A DNA stretch of 64,000 nucleotides from Haliotis rubra. Lineage: Eukaryota. Every line of letters starts with the position of its first letter. Within the stretch, counting starts at the first letter, position 1. The DNA lies in the NCBI RefSeq assembly GCF_003918875.1, contig NW_025766970.1, positions 744,001 to 808,000 of the forward strand, read 5' to 3'. The translations under genes and the position numbers were made by a program. This document shows positions 63,979-64,000 of this stretch, piece after piece. The notes under the pieces are model-generated. The model searched no databases. It saw nothing but the letters and a program-made list of their open reading frames with translations, and was not told the DNA's origin.

Positions 63979-64000
63979 CCCATGAAAAGCGGTTTTAGCA

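Overview
Eukaryotic, AT-rich invertebrate genomic DNA; the SINE types suggest a mollusc, possibly abalone (inference only). The window is a tandem array of intron-containing sialate O-acetylesterase-like (SIAE, SASA/SGNH-family) genes. One divergent copy is on the minus strand and runs off the window start. Five full-length plus-strand copies follow: two look intact, two carry a single 1-nt frameshift, and one has duplicated exons 6-7. There is also a truncated pseudogene and decayed relics. Many transposons with resolvable termini and target-site duplications (TSDs) are present: a Harbinger-like element holding an L2 tail, a Tc1 and a SINE; a Transib/RAG-like long-TIR element holding a hAT derivative; Kolobok, pogo-MITE, RTE and SINE insertions. 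The most unusual object is a ~5.5 kb Polinton/Maverick (adintovirus-like) relic in intron 5 of the last gene. It has AGTAGT termini, a TSD, a packaging ATPase split by a Kolobok element, and a GasderminX-like gene. Its right end was later co-duplicated with the host's catalytic exons. All exon boundaries and family calls were made by eye, with no database search.
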